Assembly (NCBI GenBank): GCA_951406725.2
Contig: OX597825.1
Coordinates: 23,622,001-23,686,000, forward strand
Direction of reading: 5' to 3'
From: Octopus vulgaris
Lineage: Eukaryota
Length of the DNA stretch: 64,000 nucleotides
Made by a program: the position numbers and the translations under genes. Below are positions 55,426 through 64,000 of the stretch, in pieces; positions within the stretch are counted from its first letter, which is position 1; the number at the start of each line of letters is the position of its first letter. Below the pieces are notes generated by a model. It saw only the letters and a program-made list of their open reading frames with translations, was not told the origin of the DNA and made no database searches.

Positions 55426-57029
55426 TACCCACACAGACACATACATGTACATACACACAAAAATTATAATAAGGTAAACTGCATGGTAGTGCCATATGCT
55501 AAAAGAAGATGTCAAATGACTCTAAAACTACCTTATTTATCACATAGACAGGGGCCGGAAGCGAGGGAAATGCAAGAAAAAGATTTTTTTTAAAAGGCTC
55601 AGCCTAGATCAATTGATTTCTAGTTCAGTGTATAACTTCGTTTACCGTCATCAGTAATACATAACTCAATGTACATAATTATGAATATTTATACATACCA
55701 TACAAACACAAACCTATCCCCAGTGCATCTATAATTGTTTATATTTATATACACAGTTTAAATCTAGATCGTTCATCTCAGCCACGTAAAAATAACCAAA
55801 ATAATTCAGCAGCGAATAAATTGATTGAAGTGAATTCATATTTATTATTATAACGAGCAAAACGTCCCCCGCCCAATGGACGGTGCTGAGTTGTCAAACA
55901 TTTAAACCAAAAGTAGGAATGGATTCAGTACCTCATCTTGAAGGCCCCAACCAGGAACTCCTAATTCGTTACACTTAATTCTGTTATTTCTGTTTTATTG
56001 TTGTACCAGAAATGACACGTTGGATGTCTGTTCTAACAATGTCTAAGCGTGTGGATCACTGAAGACGTAATTAATAATGTAATTGATGCGTTCACTAATG
56101 TGTAGATATGTAGATTTATGTAAGGGATTTCTGAAGAAAATGTCATGGAAATATAATCAGATATTCATGTCATATCTTTACGTTTAAACTTGAAAGGAAC
56201 ACTTGCGCAGAGAGCTAGGTCTTGTTTTCAATTTGAACAGTAAAGAGAGATAGTTACTTTTGATCGACTTAGTAGATAGCACATTTAAATGGGAATGGTC
56301 TAATCGTTTGGGTGACACCACATACGAATTTCTGATTGGCTTGTAAAAGCAGATGTCGAAGAGAGTGAAATTTGAACGCAGTATGTAAAGAGAAGAAATT
56401 ATATAACATAATGCATTCAGTTTTGGCGTCCTGCCATTTTTACTAACCGTCACAGATGTATAAAGATTGGTAATAAAGTTATGAAATTATATAGATAGAA
56501 CAGAGGCTAGTGGCGGTATTATTCTGATATGTCAAAATTAACTATTCAAGAGCATTTAGTCTGGAGTTAATTTCTGGTTTGAGTCTAATGTAAAAGTTTT
56601 ACATTAAACGTTAGTAAGACACTAGTAGAAAAATAAATATTTTATTTCTAACACGGAAGAGACATTTAATACTTGAGACTGAGAACCATAATTCGCAATG
56701 ACACAGAGAATATACAATTGGTGTCTGTTGTTAGAAAGAGAATATTCATTTTTCTAATTCAGTTTTTCAGTAATTCGATGGCAAGCTTTCACTTAGGACT
56801 TCCAAATGAAATTACCTCAACGCTAAAATGGTAATTTGTTCAACTTGTAATAGTCTCTTTAGTCCTGATACTTGAGTTGAAATAGCAATTTTCTTTTAAT
56901 AAAAATATATAGAAATATTATTGTGACTATTTAAGTAAGTTACAAGAAATATGATGCTATGTAATCAGTAAAAATGTAAGTTTTTTCAACGAAAGATCCA
57001 AACACCGATATTGGTTTCAGATTTCGACG

Positions 57030-57220
57030 CAAAGCCAGCAATTTCGAGGAAGGCGCTAAGTCGATTACACCAATCTTGGTACTTGACTGGTACTTATTTT
57101 ATCGACCCCAAAAAGATGAAAGTCGACCTCGGTGGAATTTGCACTTAGAATTTAAAGATGAACGAAATACAGCTAAAGCATTTTCCCGGCGCGCTAATGA
57201 TACTGCTAGTTCGCCGCCTT
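57030..57220 (-). mobile_element. Diverged SINE family B
   Basis: ctggtacttattttatcgacccc...agtcgacctcgg...ttcgccgcc. Confidence 0.75.
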
Positions 57221-60200
57221 CCCAGAAAGCAATATTAGGTTGAATGTAAAGGCCTTAGAAGATGCGAATTCTTCGAACCCTCTATTCTAGTCCAGGGCGG
57301 ATGCAGGAATGTTTTTGTTTGGTTAATTGTTATTAGGATATTACTGATGTATATTTTATTCACCCCAGATGGAAAGTTTATCCATTTGATACGATTTGAA
57401 ATAAGAATTCAGTCTAAAGTTCTAAGTTTTCGATAAATTTTCTCTCTTGTCTTTCAAGAAAATATTAAATACATACAAAAGAAGGAATCGACAGGCCAAA
57501 CCAACATCATTACCATATTACTTATGTTGTTGCTGTGGTTTATCTCCCACCGATGAGCTCCAAAATGGTAGACTTATGATCAAACATGTTCCCGTATTAG
57601 CCGTACTGACTTTTATAGGCTATTACTGAATGGTTGAGAAGTCCGTTTCGTAATTGTGAGACACCAAATTTGATCCTACGGCATCTTAAGTAAATTTCAA
57701 TTTTATTGAGCCGCCGGTCAATGCATTGTAAATTGGTTTCAGAAAAGTTATGTGGAAATCCCTCGGCCATGTTGTATTTGTTAGTCATATGACCATCGAA
57801 GTCACATAATATTTAACAATGGCTATGTCTGAGGATTACGTTAAGAATAAAAATGTCAGTGAGGTACTCAGCCACATCAACGTTAGTTCAACGAATAGGG
57901 AGTTCAGTTTCTTGAACAAGTGAACGTTCATCGTCGAAACCGGTAGAAGATCTATAACCATCTCGAACTACAATACTCAGTGTGACGTTTCCTTTTATAG
58001 GACGAAGGTGAGATTTGGGGTATATTTCATTACTATTTCTAGGAAGGTGAATGATGACATAGAGGCTTCCTCTTTGTATTGCTTTATATCTGTTATCCTC
58101 GATCTATGCGGAAAATTTTTTAAAAAAAAGCAAACATCGCCAAAGGACTAAAACACCGACATTCGAAATGCACTTACTCTGACATTTCTAAATTTGAAAA
58201 TATTGTTGAAACGTGATAGATGCCTTGATAAAATAGGAGATTTTATCAGAAAGAAATACTCAACTAGCTGCCTAAAGATAAGAAGATCTAAATATAGCAA
58301 GGCGGCTTTAAATAGAAAACCAGTAATGGCGCATTTATTTCTCAAATTAATTGTAATCAACTCTGAGTTTGACAGTAATAGTGTAATTAGAATTTCTGCC
58401 GGTGGCGTTATATAAACATGTAACTGACATGTAAATCACGTTAAAATAGAATTGGAATTCGCGGACACCGACTAACGGACACTAACTAACGGACAGTGAC
58501 TAACGATATTGTAATGATTTACTAAAATGAAATTAATCCTGATAGAATGATAGACTCTTGACTTTGTGGAATGGTTCAGCTCCAAAGAGAAACACGATCA
58601 GTCAGCCACATGATCTAAGGCATTCCATTCTTGACCATCCAGTCTTTTAAAAGGTATTTTGGACTATATTTTTCTTTTGAATTGTTTGAAGCAAATTGTG
58701 CTGCTTTTTTCTAACTGGTTCAGCGACTGCGACTCTCGTAGAGACATCCTCGTTGGCTTTTTATCGCCGTGATTTTCTGTATGGTAAAATGCCACCTTCG
58801 CAAGGATTTGATCTCTGCTCGTAGGGTCGGCTGCTCTATATGCGAAAGTATCCAAACAGGTGGAAGAACAAATGGTTTGATGTTTCATGAGTTCAGAAGC
58901 AGTCCGATTTCGTAGCAGATAAAAGAGTAACTGATGGCAAACAATGATCAAACCGTCATATTTAACAGAACAGAAGCAAATAAAGTTGATATTGTAAAGA
59001 AGCACTCATGGATACTGATAATAATCTCTTTTTATACTAAGCAAGAGGTGTGGCGTTCTAGAAACGTTGTGATCTGGATGTTATCTCTCACTTTCTATCT
59101 GCAAACAATCGCTTGCTTTGATAAATGTAACAGCCAAATCCCTCACACACACACCAATTTAGCCTTGTTTTAAAGGAAGAATATATTGGATAATGTAGAT
59201 TCAGCTAAATTATGTTTGTAAAGACGGGTGGTCACGTCAAGAAATCTTTTGTATGCAAACCTGGTCGAACAGGGACCGATCTGGAGCTAAACAACAAATT
59301 CAAGAACTACCGTAACTATTGCATACGAACACACGCAGATAGCACAGCAGCAGCAGCAGCAGCAATAGTAGTAGCAGTAGCAGCAACAGTAGCAGCAGTA
59401 GTAGTAGATGAGCAATGTGCAGCTGTCTGTAATTGGGCCATTATGTGTTGACAACTAATGTTGGAAATGACAGCTGCCTTGCAATTTATTCTTAAACTTA
59501 GGAGATTTATAAACGAATCAAATCCTTTACTCAAAATAAATGGCTAATTTATGGCAGAAACTCATTTAAAAGTTTCGGTTTCAACCAGTGATCAACTATC
59601 TGCTGATTAGTTTTAAGCTGAAAATACTAAACCTAATTCACTCACCCGTCAACAATCTAATTTTAAATGCTTAAAAATCTCAAAGCTCAATGCTAACTCG
59701 GAGATAAAAGCTTTTAGTTAACAAATTAGCGACCGAGTTTCAAAACAATGAACTCAAAACGGAAAAAATTAAAACCATACTTCATTACGTTCGCTCACAA
59801 AGAAATCAAAAAAGCTAAGGCTTCTCTATTTTTATTGAAAGGCATACTAATTATATACAATACTCTTTGTGAAATACAGAATATTATTTTTGAACGAGTG
59901 AAATTTAAAAAAAATATATAACATGTAATAAAAATAAGAATCCATTCCTCTTATGTGTTGCATAAAGTCAAAGTTGAGAAAACTGAAATACGTCAAATCG
60001 AGGCTATAAAATTCCTATCGACGTTTGCATCAGTAATCTCGAACACAACAACACGGGATCTGACATAAGAACGTTATTAACGACGTTTATTAATGAGAAA
60101 TGAGATTTTATTTATATGGCGAGATTAACATGAAAAAAAAAAAGGAGAAAAGAAACGGACAAAAAAACAAAGCAAAACAAAGCAAAACGAGAATAACGTT

Positions 60201-60460
60201 TTCAGTTCCATTTGAAATTCTTCTCTAGAATGATTTATAGCTCTTGATATAGTTTCCTTTGATATCAGCTCAATTTTCAAAAGATATGACAGAGAAATAC
60301 ATTAATAAAACAATTGATGTCAAAAATAATTTGTTCATTGTTGTTAGAATAAATTGGGGGAAAAAAAACAAAAAACAAAAACAAAAGATGATAGCTGATC
60401 ACTTTCGCTTTCTCATTTTCCCAGCACACACAAAGCACCCACGTACCCACCCACGCACAT

Positions 60461-60548
<88 letters not shown>

Positions 60549-60845
60549 GTACATACATGCACATACGTGTAAAACACATACATACGCATGCACGCAAACC
60601 CGCAAGTACATACTTCGGTCCCACGGTGTGTAAGCTCTGATTGCATTAACATATACCAAACTCTACACACTTTCATCGAATGATTGTTGTGAACTCGTAC
60701 GCTGTTTGTCGAAGAAAATAAACAAAGCAAACTCCCACATTCAGACACGCCCACAAAACCCACGCAGAGCATGTGTGTGTGTGCGTGTGTGTGTGTGTAT
60801 GTGTGTGTGTGTGCGCGTGTGCATGCATGCATTTATGTATAAGCA

Positions 60846-60893
<48 letters not shown>

Positions 60894-61014
60894 GTGCTAT
60901 TAAGTTAGACATGGCCTGGACCAATCTCTGGTCGAAACATATCTAAGTTTTATCTAAGTTTTATATATATGCACACACACACACACTCATGTGTACAGAA
61001 ACACATATACATAC

Positions 61015-61049
<35 letters not shown>

Positions 61050-61109
61050 TTACATATATATATGTATATATATATATGCATGCATTTATTTATACATATG
61101 CGTATATAT

Positions 61110-61164
<55 letters not shown>

Positions 61165-61169
61165 ATATG

Positions 61170-61203
<34 letters not shown>

Positions 61204-61380
61204 TACGTATATATATATATGTATGTATATATATATTTATATATGTATGTATATGTATGTATATATATATTTATATTATATATATGTATATATATAAAAT
61301 ACTCTGCTTTATTTTGAGATTGCTAGTGTTAACAATACTCGCAAAAAATACAGACTGGAGTTGTAGTGCTCCAAGTGAGC

Positions 61381-61619
61381 TATATTTCATTTTTTAACAC
61401 TTGAAGGGAGGCAATGCAAGCGGAAACAAGAGGAACATAATTAAAATCCACCGACTTATATCTATTTATATATATTCTATATCTTCATATCTGGAATTTA
61501 TACATCCGTTTTGTAAATATTGAAGAATATATGAATATATGTATCTATTTGATCTTCGAGTGTTGATCTTAATTATGTTCCTGGTCTGCTTTTTGCATTG
61601 CCTCCGTTCAAATTAAGAA

Positions 61620-61627
<8 letters not shown>
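61381..61627. repeat. Diverged short foldback
   Basis: ttgaagggaggcaatgcaa...aggaacataattaa mirrored by ttaattatgttcct...ttgcattgcctccgttcaa. Confidence 0.7.
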
Positions 61628-61698
<71 letters not shown>

Positions 61699-62999
61699 AT
61701 GTATATATATATATATACACATGCAAAACAGGCAGCGAATATGGGGCGTTTTCTTTGCACGAGTACTACCCATAGAGCCATCGTGTTTAAAATATTGCAG
61801 AAAGGGAGATTTCACAAGCTTCGTAGAGCCACTATGGTTGGAAGGCAGGATAATTGAAAGCACGTGCCGTTTACGGATGCTTCTGTCTTCGTTTTCGTAG
61901 TTGATTTGTAGAAGTTACATGTCAAAATGCCGTACAAGCTTGTAGGAATCGGTCATTTTCTCGAAACATTGCTGGCGTTTATTCTTTCATGAATTACTGA
62001 AGATCTGTTCTAAAGTAATTACTCGAGGAACTTGGAACCATGAGCTTTTGATGCGTTTGAGATGAGATAGCTCACATCTAAAAGAAGTCTTCTGTCACCC
62101 ACCTAGCTGTCTCTAACGAGCCAAGGGTTAATCAATTGGTATTGCAAAAGAGTGTATGGAACTGGTGAATATTGGAAAATTCACATGTGAGAAACTGTAA
62201 AAGATGGATTCCTTGTTAAATAATGTTGATGTTCGGTGCACAGTCCTTATAAAGCAGTGGTCGCATAACTCACCATGTTTAGAGACATTTTTCGTCCAGC
62301 AAAAATTGAGTTTGGCAGTTAGAAAGAGCATGAGTGTGTTTGAAGTTGCTGTGTATCGGTCGGGGAAGCAAGTAAGAGACGAAACTAGTAGAAAATTGAG
62401 GATTGCAAAAATCATTGCGATTCTACACCGAAAATACCATTAAGGGGTGAATGTGGAAATATAAAGCATTTCAGACTGTTTATAAGAAATAGAAGTGTAT
62501 CTGACTCCTGGAATGGTCGACGGGTATTTTAGTGGTTCAAAGAGTTCAGAAGTTGGCAGAATAAGCATTTAAAGAATTACAAAGTGAGACTGTAATCTAG
62601 AGAGAGAAACGTAAAAAAATATGACTTAGTTTTCAAATACGTGACTCAAAACATTATGTAATTAATGCATTCGTTCTATAGCTATTGACAGCTTGTGTCT
62701 GCGTGTTGTGCAACATCAGTGTTTAGCGACTGGGAGTTTATTAATTTACAGCGTTATATTCAATTTCATTTAATAAGAGTTAAAATACTTGCCAGCTGAC
62801 GTAATCAGAGACCTTCAGGCGTATAACGTTGGTGGTGGCTTGCAGTATACACACACTGACATACTAAGATAACAAGAGAAGGGAAACATGTATTTCTTTG
62901 ATGTTGTGCTTTCTAAAATTCAATAAGCTATATTTATGTAATTTTTATACGTCTGTGATCAATATATGCATGAAGCATATATATATATACATACATACA

Positions 63000-63032
<33 letters not shown>

Positions 63033-63178
63033 GTGTGTGTATATATACACACATATATATATATATACACACACACACACATATACATATATGTATCTAT
63101 GTATATATATATATATATATATATGTATCTATGTATATATATATACATAGATACATATATGTATATATATATATATAC

Positions 63179-63215
<37 letters not shown>

Positions 63216-64000
63216 CATATATATATACATATATATATATATATAAATTTACAGACATACATTCATACATGCATACATATATATGCATACACGTAATACA
63301 TGCAAATATGTAAATATGCATATATGTGTGTGAGTGTGTGTGTTTGTGTATATATATATATATATATATATGTCTTTGTCTGTCTGTGTGGATGTATGTA
63401 CTTGTATGTGTTTCTATCTGTGTGTAAATGAATTTTTACAATTATGTCTCCGGTATAATTAGATATTTGCATATTTGTAATTTACATATTCATGCGTTAA
63501 TAATGTTTGTATATTTGACATCCATAAACTTCTCTGCAGACATGTACGTATAAGTGTGCCAGTGAGAAAGTGTGTAAGCTTGTGTACGAACAAGAAAGTG
63601 TGTACGTATGTTCGTGAACGAACGTACGTGTATGCGAATGTGTGCTTGTTTCTAAACAAATATTTTCATAAGTTTATCTACTTATGCACATTTGTGTGTA
63701 TACGTATCTGTATGTACGTGTGTATATGCATATACCTGTGTATTTGAATGTGTATATACATATATCTATCTATCTATATATATATATGAATATATATATA
63801 TACAGAGAAATAGAGAGAGAGAGAGAGAGAGAGAGAGATAAATACACACACACACATATGTATACATGTGTGTGTGTGATTGTGTGTGTGTGTTTGTTTG
63901 TTTGTGTGTAGATATGCAGAATCGGCGGTTGTCATGAATATTCCCTTATATAATCAAATAAAATTAAAATAAATTACTGAATATATACGTATCTCTCGTA

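Noticed and set aside
58664-59005. 113-aa minus-strand ORF in complex sequence
   Set aside because: No recognisable motif or convincing splice sites

Overview
AT-rich, microsatellite-saturated eukaryotic DNA. By inspection, the tRNA-derived SINE set and the (TA)n/(CATA)n/(CTAT)n tracts point to a cephalopod, most likely Octopus (inference; no search was run). No intact host protein-coding gene is visible, and almost all listed ORFs are microsatellite artefacts. The window holds dozens of SINE copies from at least four families, a frameshifted Neptune-type Penelope-like element (PLE: RT + Zn knuckle + GIY-YIG, 42.2-43.6 kb), an RTE LINE 3' end with zinc fingers, DD37D Tc1/mariner remnants, a hAT MITE with an 8-bp TSD, a non-autonomous Helitron and a TIR element with telomere-like repeats. 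The main hidden signal is a set of minimal hammerhead-ribozyme motifs from several unrelated repeat families. Many sit inside foldback (inverted-duplicated) PLE-type termini, including three foldbacks stacked at 2.98-6.15 kb. Other observations: inverted and direct duplications of apparently unique sequence, and a possible bidirectional promoter with outward-facing splice donors near 18.2-18.5 kb.
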